NCBI GenBank assembly: GCA_964016885.1
Contig: OZ024740.1
Location: 235,104,001 to 235,168,000 of the forward strand
Direction of reading: 5' to 3'
DNA: 64,000 nt
Source of the DNA: Eledone cirrhosa
Lineage: Eukaryota
This document shows, in pieces, positions 29,362 through 42,894 of the stretch; positions within the stretch are counted from its first letter, which is position 1; each line of letters opens with the position of its first letter. Under the pieces are notes generated by a model. That model saw nothing but the letters and a program-made list of their open reading frames with translations, ran no database searches and was not told where the DNA came from. The position numbers and the translations under genes are program-made.

Positions 29362-29437
29362 CATTGTGACAATGTTGATATCAATGGGATCCTGAAATTA
29401 TTGAAAATGTTTCATGAACATTTAAGTTTGAGATATG
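29362..29437 (+). CDS. LEMD3: LEMD3-like exon (HCDNVDINGILKLLKMFHEHLSLRYG)
   Basis: TAG acceptor, G|GTGAGT donor, phase 0 to 1. Precedes the conserved luminal GxxxCG. Confidence 0.8.
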
Positions 29438-29689
29438 GTGAGTAAACTTTATTCTGTACTTATATGCACCACTAACCCATTTTGCTTCTAACAATTAAAA
29501 TATTAGGTACCATTGTTCTGTCAAACTTCCATCAACATTGTTTGGTATTAAAAAGATATGGTGCAAAATTTAAAAATTAACCAAGTGTTTAATTATTGAT
29601 ACCATGTTATATTTACAATATTAGGTAACATTTATAACACATTCAAATTGTATTAGTGTCTCCACATTAAGAATCACTAATCTACATAG

Positions 29690-30250
29690 TCAATGGATTT
29701 GCTAGAAGTAGTAGCCAAATTTCTTTCAAAGTAGACCTTATTGCCTTAAGTAAGGAAAGGATACACAAGATAATATAATCCTATTCACTCTTTAAAAGAC
29801 GGAGTGGTCGTAGAATGCTTTTGATTGTAGGTTTCCAGGGTGTGGAACAACAGCTATCAATAGAAACTACTCTAGCAATAGTCAACTATAGAGCCTCTAC
29901 ATGGTCCCTCAATTTGCTTGAAATAGCAACCAAATCTCCTCAAAACTACACTACACTATCATCTTAAATAATGGACATACTGGTTAATGCAGTCTGGGTC
30001 ACAAAATTTCTGAAAGACTTAAATGCCTTTTGATCATGTCTGCGTGGTCAACACAACTACTACTATAGCCACCAGTTCACTTGACCTGCTAGATATAGCA
30101 GCAAAATTCCCTCGAATCTCTCTCTATTGTCTTGGGAAATGAAAGGACACATTATCTAATGTGGTTTTTAAAATGCAAAAAAGACAGGATGGTTATAGCT
30201 GGAAGGTTTTTGATTATTAAGTTTGTTCAATCAAGATGGGTGCTAAACAA
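29690..30250 (+). repeat. Three clustered copies of interspersed repeat family C
   Basis: GCTAGAAATAGCAGCCAAATCTCCCTCAAA...GGACACATTGGATAATG...CTAAACAA. Further copies near 33630, 36610, 45850, 46340 and 47400 (+), and 32420 and 48720 (-). Confidence 0.7.
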
Positions 30251-30495
30251 TAACCATCACTACCCTCTAAAGCTACCAATATCTGTAAGAAACTACTACT
30301 ATGAATATATTTTAACTGCATTTCATTTTGGTTTTTGCCTATAACCTGTAACTCAGTCCATTGTAAGACAATAAATATGGCTGGATCACATAGTACTGAG
30401 TAGCTTGGGAAAGAAAAGAAATAAAAATATAAATCCTTTTGTGGCCATATTTCTAATGAAATGTACTGTCCATGTATTTGGTTGAATAAATAAAA

Positions 30496-31146
30496 TCTCT
30501 CTCTCTCTCTATGAGAGAGAGAGAGAGAGATGTCGGTTGAATCACACGAAAACTACACACAAATACATACACACACATCTAAAGAAAGAGAGATAGATTG
30601 TTATACAGGGAGAGTTACAATTAAAGTGTTAGATAGTGAGAGAGAGGAACGTCCCACGAAAGTCTAGAAATGGCTTAAACTATAGATCCTTTGATCTATA
30701 AGAAGGTTTAACAATATTGCGTTAGCTTTTATAAAGTCGTTTTACAATCTTTGATTTTACAGAACAAAGAAAAGTTGATACTATTTGAAATTAATCTACT
30801 CTCCAGCTTTTATCCATATACTACTTACAAAGCTAAACACTTCAAAAGCAATGTTATGCGGTATATTGCTGCATATCAGATGACGTCCTTTGGAGTTGAA
30901 AAAGATGATACTGTCTATGATAATTTCACATTTAAAATTCAAGGTCAATGCTATGATTTAATCAGCAGTTTATTCCCCCAGCCTAATAAGGAAATTTTAT
31001 AATTGTTTTATGTCTCTCTCACACACTCACACACCCATGCATTATGGTCTTACCTCATACCAGACAACACATCCAATACAGTTGTTTTCTCTTTTATCCA
31101 TCTTCTCTTAACTATTCCCCTGGGCAAAGCTGGGTACCTCAGCTAT
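30496..31146 (+). mobile_element. Internally deleted Helitron retaining a Rep N-terminal fragment
   Basis: KHFKSNVMRYIAAYQMTSFG...TFKIQGQCYDLISSLFP matches the Helitron Rep N-terminal motif. TC start with a microsatellite; 3' end GGGCAAAGCTGGGTACCTCAGCTAT is a degenerate hairpin plus CTAG-like end. Confidence 0.75.
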
Positions 31147-32784
31147 TTATAAATATAATCAGTTACACTGTGAATGATAAAAATTTAAATATTCACTCTT
31201 CATTTATTTTATGGCGACAGATTTTTTTGATACATTGATAAGTCGAAGTAAAGAAAAAGTTAATATAAGTTTTTGTAAATTTTTGAATGGCTAAAAAGAC
31301 TCTTATTTGATGTAATTGCTCCAGTTTCAAGAGTCTCAAATGAAGTCACTTGCCAAACAAGTACAACTCTTTATTTATATAAAAGGTTTTATTTAAATAC
31401 AAATACTTCAAAATGTCTTGTATTATAGAACCAGCAGTAGTTTCAATTTGACATTAAGAGTTAAAACTTGTATTTTTTTTCTATCTCAGTTTAATCCTTT
31501 TAATGTTTAATGTCATTTTAGTTTATATATATATATATATATACACACATTGGTACAGTCTCGGTTACCCACTCAGTATATATACAGATATAACTTTATC
31601 ATACACTTCAACTGCTAGTGTAGCATGGAAAAATTGACATAAAACGCTGATAATGATATGTATATCATTATTTAATGTCTGTTTTCTCTGCTGGCAAGCG
31701 CTAGACTGATCATAATAGACCAAGCCAGTACATAATTGAAGCCACTGAACTCTCAGTTGGACTGAGATCTCATGTTGCTTACATATGTTGATGCACTCTA
31801 CAGACTGTGCTGTGCTTGTTATCGTGGTATCAGCACTGGAAAAGTTGTTATGTCCTTGACACAACTGAAGTGTCCTCTCAACCTTTTGTTTGTCAAATTT
31901 TTACAGCTGGATATCCTTCCTTTCACCAACCACTTTACAGAATGTACTGGGTGTGTTATATTATGTCACCAACATTAGAGAGGGTATTGTGCTCTTGACA
32001 GAACTGAAATGTCCTCTCAATTCGTTTTCTTGCATGGTTTCTGGATGCGTTTTATTGTTGAACTAGGTAGGTTGCTTGTGATTAACTCGGCTGGAAAGCC
32101 CTTTCTATCATATGGGTGTGGGGAGGATGCTATGTATGATGTTATGAGTGACAATGAGGCTGGGATGATGACAACATTGATTAAACTCTTGGTAAAATTC
32201 TAAATTTTCACTCTAACTTTTTAATACTATAAATTGTATGAAAAAGCAGAATGGTCACAGCTGACCTGTATTAAACCACAGCTTATTCTTACAATCCCAC
32301 AATTCCCTACTTGCCAAACGTTTTATATTAAGTGAAGGAGACATGGAGCAAAAAAGATTAAGAACTACTCACGTAGAGCCTCTCGTACTTATTAACTATA
32401 GTTGTAGTTGTTGTTTAACCCCAAGTCAGCAGACTTATGGTCAAAGCAATCCAACAATGACCAACCATTTTATTTTCAGACAATATATGCAGAACTACAT
32501 TATTGTGTCTTTGTTCTCTTAAGAATGTAAGGTTTGATTTGGTGGGAACTTGGTTGCTATTTCTCTCAGGTCGAGTCATCAAATAGACTGATTGTTGGCA
32601 GCTCATGGTGCCTATAATTGTTATGAGTGGCTCTAGTAATTATTCTTATTGACTACCATAGTTAGTAGTATAAAATACAGAGCACAGATATAGGTAGAGT
32701 GGAAATCTTTTATTAAAATTAAGTCAAATATCTATACTGGTTATATGGTAGAGGTGTATATCAAACATAACTGATTGTTATATT

Positions 32785-32825
<41 letters not shown>

Positions 32826-33294
32826 CATCATCATTTAACTTCCATCTTCTATACATGGGTTAGACGGGTCGTTGCATTATGAGATGATTCAAGTCAGAAC
32901 ACACCTTGCTCATACAGATCTGTATTTTGGCTTGCTTTCTAACACCAACTATGTTAGTGTGGACTAGCTGCCTTTTATTGTGGCATCAGAATGACCTCTA
33001 ACAGGATGGACTGGGTGGTTTTTGTCATGTCAGCAACACCTTACAGGGTGAACTGAGTGTTTTTTTTTTTTTTTTTTTTTTTTTTTTTCTCGTGTCACCT
33101 GCACTATCTTTGTTCTTTAGTAAGGTTGCAAAGTTTATTTCAATAACCGCACTCTGAATCAGCCATTCTTAACCAGAAAGAAATTTACAAGGGGGAATTT
33201 TGGAATTCCTGTGGGGGAACTGTTTTTAGGTTGAAACATTCTTTCATTATTCATGCGTTTTTTTTTTTTTGTTGTTTTTCTAGACGTATTTTCC

Positions 33295-33553
33295 TTAACC
33301 CTCTTTGTTATTGCTAATGAAAACCTGTCTTTAATTTTCAAATAGTTTTGAAAATATAAAAAAATTAGATTTATTTTGTAAAATATCCTTTTAAAGTGCT
33401 TTTATTTATATAAAAACCTTCCATCATAATTTTATGTTAAAACATTTTTACTAATATTACTAAATCCCTCCAACTTCTTCATTATTTTAAAAATGATTTG
33501 TTAATTATAGAAAGTTTCTTTAATTTCAAATATAGTAAAAAAAAAAGGGTTAA
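33295..33553. mobile_element. Second AT-rich piggyBac-type MITE
   Basis: TTAA|CCCTCTTTGTTATT...ATAGTAAAAAAAAAAGGG|TTAA. Confidence 0.6.
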
Positions 33554-35441
33554 TTGCCCTTGCAACCTCTCTCTTTTAATTCCATAATGTCTCATTTACT
33601 TCTTTTTACCAAACCAATGAGAGCCTCTTAGTTGTCACTAAAATAGCAACCAAATCTTCCTCAAATCACACTGAACTGTCTTGAAATATGAAAGACATTG
33701 GATATTGTAGTCCAAGACAAATTGTATGAATAAAAAGAGGAATGGTCACAGCTGGAATGTCTTTAATCATAGGTCATCTCATTCATAGCTGACCTGGAGT
33801 TAAACAGTAGCTTACTATTGCAATTCCACAATTCCTCATTTACTTGCTACATAATCCCATAATCTGTAACAGAATTAGTTGACTGCGCTATTCTTGAATC
33901 AAATTTTAACATCAGTTTAGCGTGGTGAGCTGGCAAAATCGTTAGAGCATTGGATGGGATGTCTTGCAGTATTTACTCTGTCTCTTTACATTCTGACTTC
34001 AAATTCTGCTGTAATTTACTTTTTGGTAGTAGATTTAACCTGTCATCCAAGTTTTAAACAAAGATATGGCTTGGGTAACTACAGCAGAGCCAAAAATGTT
34101 GCAAGTTTTCAGCTTAGGTTTCTGGTTTGAGGATACTTTCCTCCATTCTTCCCACTAGTGTTAGAACGCCTGGAAAGGATCATGAGTACTGACCTTCCTT
34201 CTGACTAAGCGATTAAAGAAATATGTATATCATTTAAGAACATAGAAGTTGCTGGGATTTACTTTCCCGTCTTCTCTCTGTAATTGTATTTTTTTTTTAT
34301 GCTAATATACATATACTGTTATCTAGTTTGATTTTTTTTTTGATTTTTTTTTAAACTCTGTTTAAATGTTATAACAGAATATTTCTTCTTGACACAATTA
34401 TACTAAATTGGTCGCACTGTTATCATTATACTTACTAATGAGCCACTGTTGTACTATTAACTTTCTGTGCTAATTAATGGTCCTTGACTCCCTTTGGTCA
34501 CAGCTTACCAGGGGTGTTTACACTTGGAAAGTTTCTCTCCAGAGTGCAAGCCTAAACAAGGTGTATTGTGAAAGACGAGCAGTCACCTATACATGCAAGT
34601 ACCTATACAGCTTGGCATCATTGTTACATCACAGGTGAACTTAGACCCAAATGGTCAAAAGAAATCCCACAATTCTGCCAACCTCCTGCTTTGATTTGGT
34701 ATTTTCTTTGTATATATGCATGGACCCGTAAATGTGGTTGGCATTAGGAAGGGCATCCAGCTGTAGAAACCAAGCAGAACTTAGTTCTTGATCTGACTTG
34801 TCTCACAATGGGAGAATTTGTCTAACCCATGCTAGCGTGGGTTATCAGTGATGATGATAATCTCTAGCTGTCCAAGCTTCCTATTGTCACAGTAATGTTT
34901 CTTTTATATATTTTTTTTTGTTTATTATATTTTTTTCAAATTTTAATTCAACTACTAGTATTCATCATCATCATCATCATCATACGTCCATTTTCCACGC
35001 TAGCATGGGTAGGACAGGTGCTGGGTGCTTTTTTGCCGTGTCGCCTACAACCTCTTTCAGTATGGACTGGGAACTTTTTATTGTGACACCTACATGACCA
35101 CTTTACAGTTTGGGCTAATTATTTTCAAACTGATTTGAAAATTATATGCCGTGTCTTTCATTATAAATATGGTAATGAAAAAGTTTTTATATTTTGTCAT
35201 TAAAAACATTTCTTGGTAGAAGGTACTGTTTTTACCAGTAACTACAGTAAAAGAAAAACTAGGTAAGGAGGGGCTGATAAAAGACCTGATTGCCTGGTAT
35301 GTGGCATATTTGAACCTACTGATCCTGTTGCCATTGATGCAATAGTGCTAAAAAAAATAATAATAATAGTTTCTAATTTAGGCACAAGATCAGTAATTTC
35401 GGGTGAGGGTCAACTTGACTGGTACTTTATTTTAATAATGA

Positions 35442-35683
35442 CTAGCAGAATGGCCCGGCGTTGCTCGGGATTTGCTCTAGAGTTCTTATATATTTTATAT
35501 ATATTTATCCTTATCGAGCCTCGTGAAATAAATGTTTGTTTATATTTTGTTATTGTGTTTGCAAAAATATCTGTACAAGAATATATAATTATATATATAT
35601 ATTAAAATAACAAATTAAAGTTTAAGCAAAGAATCGCTGCTTTCACCCTTAACGGGATCTTCTGAAACTAAAAAAAATCAATC

Positions 35684-35780
<97 letters not shown>

Positions 35781-36068
35781 CATCATAATGTTGTAGTGCA
35801 GACAGCCAGACATACATACAGATATTATAAGGGCGCAACGTTATATCTATGTATCTATCTAAAAAGAAAGACTAAGAATTATAGAGAGAGATTGCTAAAT
35901 CGTCTAATGCGGCGGTCCCTAGGGCATTGAAAATTTGAAATATTTTTTGCTCAAAACACACACAGGACCATAAGTATTACATGTGTAAAGTTTGAAAACA
36001 ATCGGTTGGGTGGTTCTCGAGTTTTAGGGAGTCAGACAGACATACATTCTCCGTTTTAGATATATAGA
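35442..36068 (-). mobile_element. Non-autonomous Helitron with internal (CA)n
   Basis: Minus strand starts TCTATATATCTAAAACGGAGAATGTATGTCTGTCTG and ends in the CCCGAGC-AAC-GCCGGG hairpin plus CTAG. Inserted between A and T with no TSD. Confidence 0.85.
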
Positions 36069-36132
36069 TAATCATAATATTTCAGTACTTGACTGGTACT
36101 TAATTTTAATAATGATAATCATAATATTTCAG

Positions 36133-36230
36133 GAAATATCTTGTGTGGCCAAAACTTAAATGGACACAGCAAGAATATGTCTAAAGAAGTTGTCAGTCAA
36201 TTTATTGCTGCTGAAATCAACTCAGAACCG
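36133..36230 (+). CDS. LEMD3: LEMD3-like exon (GNILCGQNLNGHSKNMSKEVVSQFIAAEINSEP)
   Basis: CAG acceptor, GTAAGT donor, phase 1 to 0. GxxxCG as in the MAN1 luminal domain. Confidence 0.82.
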
Positions 36231-37329
36231 GTAAGTATTGGCTTGTGTAATTTATCTTGTAGACATTTAAGATAGGTGTATCAATTGTCTGCCTGACATA
36301 AATCCACCTACACTACCACCGCCATTGTCACTGCTGCTAAGTGTGTGTGTCATTAGTAGTTTGTCTAATATTACATGTATTAGTCAAAGTAAGTTGAGCT
36401 TTTTAAAATATGTCAGCCTGATCGTTAACATGTGATTCAACCAAAACCAAGGCTTTGTTAACAATGTAGAAATCCGGCTGTTTAGACTGGATTTTAGTTG
36501 TATAGTTTTGAATCAAGTTTTATGTTTGCATATCAATAGCAGCAGTGAGTAGTTGAGTTTCAATTATCTCTTAAATAGCTATGGCGTTGAGCCAGTGAAA
36601 AAGCCTCTACGACGATTAACCTGCTAGATATAGCAGCTAGCTATCCCTCAAATAACATCCTACAATCTTAAAAGAAAGACACATTGGATAATGTGAACTT
36701 GGCTACACAATGCTTGAAAATAATTCCGGGCTTTAATCATAGGTCATCTGCTCAATCATGGTTGAATTGGGGCTAAACAACGATAGCTATAGCTTAAAGT
36801 TAACCAACTAGATATTTAAGAGAAATTCTATTTGAGCCAGCACATTTGGTGTGTAGATATAATATACCTGCTGTATTGATTTAAAATAGTCATGGTTAAA
36901 ATATCAGTATTTGATCTTTTGTATATTTACCATGAATCCTGCTGTTCTAAATTTTAGTATTGAAAACATGTGATTGCCATTTAAAAACTATTGCAAGTTT
37001 TGTTGAGAGGAAATCTGACTGTTACATTGATCCCTAAATGTGGCTCAACACCACACATTTGTAGGTGGGGAGGGTAAGTTTCATAGCTGACTTTGCTTTT
37101 CATACCTCCAGGTTTGAAATAAGTACTAGCATTGTATCATCATTATCATTGTCATTTAACGTCAGCTTTCCCTTCTAGCAGTAATTGGATGGGTTGCCAA
37201 AATACAGGGTTGGTACTCATGTAGTGCTACCCATACATGGGGTCAGTAGTTCCACTTAAGTACCAACCTGGTCTCTTGACGACTTGTGTAACACTTGCTT
37301 GTAGGGAAAGTCAACATTAAATGATAATT

Positions 37330-37485
37330 GTTTCTACTTTTGGCACAAGGCCAGCAATTATCTCAGTTTATTACTGGTATTTTATTTTATCGATCCCGTA
37401 AGGATGAAAGGCAAAGTTAACCTCGGTAGGATTTGAACTCAGACCATAAAGGGCTGTAACTCTTTGCTGCAAAGCATGGCATCCA
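37330..37485 (-). mobile_element. SINE family A copy, minus strand
   Basis: Reverse complement of the tail, core and B-box of the 40943 copy. Confidence 0.85.
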
Positions 37486-38380
37486 TCTGGAGGTATGAAA
37501 ACCAAAGACAAACCTGACAATATTTTGAACACAGAACATAGATGTAACAAGATACCATCAAGTATTTCATCTGATACTGCTGCTCCTACTACTTGACCAG
37601 TGTCTTTGTATATTGAACAGGTCAAGTAGTTACATAAAGTCCTCTCGCTGGTATGTATTGTTGGAGAGCATTGGCAACACATAGATGTTATTGTTGATAT
37701 GGTTTATGCCTGCTGACCTCCAATTTAGTTTTTAAGTGTTTTAATGATAGAGGCCCCAGCTCTATCATGTCACCATTTTTCCATCGACTGTGGTATGATT
37801 TGTATGTAAGTCCAGCATTTTAAAAGTTCTGCCAATCAACCACCCTTGCTGGACAGATTTTACAGGCAAAACCAACTGGTGGGTGATCCAGGGGTAGACC
37901 CCGAGCAAGATGGTTGGATAACATCCATGAGCTTGGTAGGTCATGCTTAGGGATCCAGCCTGATCAGTTGGAGGCAATTGCTTCTGGAATGAGTGTTTGA
38001 GGACTCTGCCCCCACAACCCTCTCAAGAATAAGTGGGTGAAGAAGAAGAGGAGCAGGGTATAGAAATAACCTGGAAACAAATATAAAATTAACTTCTCTC
38101 CTGCTTCATTTTTAGTCAACTTCATTTATTTTTCATATTTACTCCCCTTTTTTTTCCTTTCTCCCTTACCCTCTTTATGTTTTATACAACAGACCTGTCC
38201 AACTTATACTCACCATAAAAAATGATGCTAAAATGTTGGTGGTCATCATCTTTATCGCTCTCTTTTGGTATTTAAAATATTCTCTTAACATGGCAATGAT
38301 CTTAATTTATATTTGGTTGCTATGACATTGTCTGTGACAATCTTCACTAACTGTGACACTAAAATATTTTTTTTTTAAAG

Positions 38381-38439
38381 ATGGTAATTGAACAGTTAAT
38401 AATGTGGTTGATTATCAGCAATGAAGACTGGGGTATCAG
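38381..38439 (+). CDS. LEMD3: LEMD3-like exon (MVIEQLIMWLIISNEDWGIR)
   Basis: AAG acceptor, AG|GTAAGT donor, phase 0 to 2. W...N.D.GIR as in MAN1. Confidence 0.8.
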
Positions 38440-38624
38440 GTAAGTGTTATCAATTTGATTTGATAGTTTAGTAACACTAGGGGTATTGGTGACAGTGCTG
38501 GTAGTATCATTCATAAGATTTTAACGTTAACAGACCCTTGAAAGATGGTTAAGTAAAATGAAATAATGCAAAAAGGGATACATCTCATCATTTAGGCTGT
38601 ATATTTTGTGTGTGTGTGTGTGTA

Positions 38625-38885
38625 TATTTGTGTGCAAAAAGTAAACAGAAATAAAGCAAACGGCTCAGTTCAATAAAGTAATATATTAGTTTTACACTTG
38701 ATATAGTAGGAAAAGGGTCTTAATGTTTCAGACGCTAGTTCTTCATCAGAAAATAGAATGATAATTAAAGAAGAATTAGAAAGATAGAGGAGAGTGAGCA
38801 AGGGCAGAAATGAACAAAATCTCTTCGAGCAAAAGCCGGTTTATTCATTTTAGCATCTCTTGGATATGTTTGTGTGTCTGTGTAT
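38625..38885 (-). mobile_element. Solo pLTR-like fragment with a decayed minimal hammerhead (38718-38754)
   Basis: Minus strand UUUU-CUGAUGA-AGA(ACUAGCG)UCU-GAAACAUU-AAGA, located between (GT)n and (TA)n tracts. Confidence 0.5.
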
Positions 38886-38891
38886 ATAATA

Positions 38892-38935
<44 letters not shown>

Positions 38936-39883
38936 GGAGAGAGATGGTGATGGGGTTAAATATGTAGGCTGCTTTAATTTGTAGTGAAGTTTGCCTGGTG
39001 ATTATATTGAGAAGAATAGAAGATATTTTGTTATTATGGTGGCAGTGAGTACTAGTAGATAACTGGCACTTGTAAATAAATCATTTGCCATTTCTAGCCA
39101 TTTCTGTGACTGCAAACATCATGGAAAGTATTGTTTAGACATGGATAAATTGATAGGTTTGGGCCTCGTTTGTGTAGGATGTGTACAAATAGTAGTGAGG
39201 AGGTAATCACTTTTGTAACTATGGAAACAGTAGGATGGGGTAACATCAGCACCATTGTTTTAATGTCACTATCAGTATGACTAGTCGACACTATAGCATA
39301 TATTCTCCCCTTATTATCTTGTGCATGCCTGCTCATCTACAAAATCAAATATTCTGAGATCTGACCTCATTTCCTTCTGACTGCCTCTGTTACAAATATC
39401 CTGTAAATTGATGGACCAAAAACTTTCACCTATTGCATTCCCATCACCATTATCACCTCTACCTACTACCTTTGTCTAATAACTATTACCACTATCCTCA
39501 CCGCTCTCATCACAAGACTATCACCTCTAACTGCCATGAAAGATAATTATCATTAGTTAGTGTGTTCCCTCATCACAACCTTGTCACAATTGCTACCATC
39601 ATTATCATCATCACTACTACTAACTCTGAGAAGATTTGTCGTTTTTAGTTATATCATCATTTCATCATTTCCGTTTAGCATTAATTCTTCCACGCTTGCA
39701 TGGGTTAGACAGGTTGTCCATGCCGGGAAGCAAGTCTGGCCATGTTGCACCTTGCTCCGGCGAGGACTCTTTGATTATAATTCATTAGTAACCATTATCT
39801 TCATCATAGTCTTCTACATTTAAATGTTTACAATTCTATAAATAATTGTGATATGAACTGTATTTCAATAACTTTTCTTACAG

Positions 39884-40026
39884 ACCATTGACTGTAAATG
39901 GTACCATTCCTGAAAAAGTGGAAGAACTGGCCTATGTAGAGAGCTACACTCCAAACATGAGCTTCATTTGTCGCCTTCGTAGAGCTGTTTTTGACACCAT
40001 GTATCAGTTACTTTTGGGACTTTTAG
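39884..40026 (+). CDS. LEMD3: LEMD3-like exon (...YVESYTPNMSFICRLRRAVFDTMYQLLLGLL)
   Basis: MSFxCRxRRA motif and start of TM2. CAG acceptor, GTGAGT donor, phase 2 to 1. Confidence 0.92.
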
Positions 40027-40942
40027 GTGAGTAGAGAGAGAGCGAGACATATTGTTGCTATTCTCTTTGGGTGGCTGGGGCTCAAACTTGTATTTATGAT
40101 CGAGGAAACTAGCCAAAAGTAGAAATCAGTTAGCGAGGATGACATTCAAAATTGCAGTAAAGACTGTTGTTTCTGCAATTTTGTGGGGCAAGCTGTCTGT
40201 AAGGTTTTAATTCCACTTAAACTCGAACATGGTATATATTTTAGCTTTAGACAAGAACATGCCTGTCTACCTGTTTTATAGTTAAATGGTCTACATTAAG
40301 AATGTTATCCTGCTATAACAAGCAATAAGCAAATGTACAAATATACAGAATCAAGTCACTCATCAGTCTTTCTATTTTTCCACATTTAATTTTTGACTAA
40401 TGGGATTTAAAATTCTCAAATTGTTTAATCTCCTCTTTTCTTTCCTGTTGTTATGCTTACTCCACACTGCATTTCAATCAGATCATTCTTTGATCAAATC
40501 TAATCTAAAATATGTTTGTGGAGCTTGACTTCTAAAATGAACTAATAATTATCAACATTTAATGTTGATTTAAACAGTGATTAGGATTATATATATATAT
40601 ATACGAAACACGCATAACAGGTCTATACACAATAAATATCTTATACAAGTTCCTCTACATGCCTGCTCTCAGTTGTTCAGATTGTTCATCAAATGCATAA
40701 ATCTCTTTGAAGTTAATAAAATACTGTTTTAGGACAGATGTATAATTGTTAGTTTTGGAGAGGATGCTTTGTCTTGCAGTATTTGTTTCAAGTTCTTGGG
40801 TGGCAGATTTAATGTGTTCCTTTCGCTGAGTCCACTCTGTTTTAAGTATTTAGACTATGTCTTCCCCCTTTCCTTCCATCAGGCTTAGAAGGCTGTGAAA
40901 AAATAAAGGAATATAAATTTATTTTTTTAATTTTTTTTTATT

Positions 40943-41128
40943 TGGCAGTATCGGTAGAGGTTCGGACGCCATGCTTTACAGCATAGTTACGTCCCTTTAC
41001 GTTCTGAGTTCAAATCCCGCCAAGGTTAACTTTGCCTTTCATCCTTATGGGGTCGATAAAATAAAGTACCAGTAACGTACTGGGATAATTACTGGCCTTG
41101 TGCCAAAAGTAGAAACAATTATTATTAT
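40943..41128 (+). mobile_element. SINE family A copy, full length
   Basis: A-box, B-box, core and (ATT)n tail. Confidence 0.85.
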
Positions 41129-41350
41129 TCACGTTTTCACTATCTGGTGTGTCATTTTTTTTTTTTTGTTTGTTTTTTTTTGTTGTCATATTTCTCTTGA
41201 CTTATTCACTGATCCCTATCGAATCTATATAGTAATAAAATGTTCAATTATTTTGACAATAACTCCTCTCAGAACTTGAGATCTAATTGTACTCTGCTTT
41301 CTAGCATTGCCCAGTAAATAATATGCAGTTGGTTTTGATCTCCTTGTCAG

Positions 41351-41452
41351 GGTTAATTTTGCTTGTTTTATTGCTGCGTTTCTGTGTGGTGCAGTACCGG
41401 AAGAAGGAAGAGGAACAGCAACAGATCTATGAGATGATTGAAAAAATAATTG
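41351..41452 (+). CDS. LEMD3: LEMD3-like exon (TM2 end: GLILLVLLLRFCVVQYRKKEEEQQQIYEMIEKII)
   Basis: Matches MAN1 KEEEETRQMYDMVVKII. CAG acceptor, GTAAGT donor, phase 1 to 1. Confidence 0.93.
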
Positions 41453-42794
41453 GTAAGTAATTCTGTTTTTAATGCTACAACAGTACATTCTCCACCTCCA
41501 CAGTCATCATTATCTCTACCAATACTATCACTAAAATGGCTTTAGTTATCTTTCCCAAAATGAATGGATTTCCAGTCTCAATCTAACATTTCATTTCCCT
41601 CCATGTTTGAATGAAACTCTTCTCACCATATAACTATTGGATCTCTTGAGGTTGTTGCTAGCATAATGGAAAGTATGTAATAAGAGGCTTCTAAATAGAT
41701 ATTTTCCAAATGGAATCAATATTCTTGTAATAGAGATCTGAGCAAGATCAATTCTCAGTTGGAAATCAGAAAGGACAGTCCTCTAAATTTAGAATGAGAT
41801 CATCTGTCATAGATTAAGGATCTGCTATACTTCTGAAAGTCTGATTGTGTTGCCATCATCATTTTTTACATCTGCTTTTCATGCTGACATGGGTTGAACA
41901 GGTCACAGTTTGACATCAGACAGGCCTGAGGGACCTCATCTCACTCATACATTTCATATTTCGCATGGTTTCTACCATGGTGTATAGAAGGGCATTTTTT
42001 CATGGTACCAGCACTATGATTTTACAGAGTGGACTGGATGTGTTTATTCTAAAATTCGCATAAGAGCAAACAACCTGTTGTGGTGCCTGATAATATCTGC
42101 AGAATAAATGACGGTGATTACTAGATTTGAACTATCACTGTCACCACTAATATTACAGCCAATGACTCCCTTAAGAAAATTGAGATAAGTTTAGGTATGT
42201 CATGGTCTATGTTGATCTACATAGTTGTGGTGTTAGTGGGACATAATCTCTGTGGTTAATGTGAAAGTGATGAAAATATGAGACTGAGCGAAATTCAACT
42301 GCACTTCCTTCTTCAGTTTATATATCTATCATTATTATCTCCATTCACCACTGCTTAAATATATATTCGTCAGCAAGTTTCCTGACCTGTAACCCCAGAT
42401 GTACAACTAAAGCCAAGACCCAATTGTTATATTCCTAAAAGTTCATAAGACTGCAGGCCTTCAAAGAGTTTAGTTGATCATATTGATCACAGTATTAATT
42501 TCAGTCTGGTACTTATCAAATTACTGAGTTATGTATTTGATATAAAGAGATGCAGATTGACATGCCAGTTTCTGCTGTTAAACATAAATGCAAGCATAAA
42601 CTCTAATATATATATAGTTTTTGTCAAATTCCACTGACAAAGCTTTGTTCAATTTGAAGCTACAATGGAAGACACTTAGCGAAAATGTCATACATTGAGA
42701 TCTGATTAGGAACCACGTGGTTACAGAGCAAATTTCTTGGTCACACTGCTATGCTTGTGCGCTATATGTCAGTGTTTACTATGTTTCATTCCAG

Positions 42795-42894
42795 ATACAT
42801 TGAAGTCTGAGTGTGAAGCAATGTCTCGTCATGATGAAGAACCTTACCTAGCTGTACAACATGTCCGTGACAAATTATTACCACCATCAAAAAG
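42795..42894 (+). CDS. LEMD3: LEMD3-like exon (DTLKSECEAMSRHDEEPYLAVQHVRDKLLPPSKR)
   Basis: PY...HVRDxL motif of the MSC/winged-helix domain. Phase 1 to 2. Confidence 0.93.

Noticed and set aside
38193-38240. Extra LEMD3 exon after a strong polypyrimidine tract
   Set aside because: In the required phase 0 it hits TGA after 10 codons and has no good donor. The flanking exons already join in phase.
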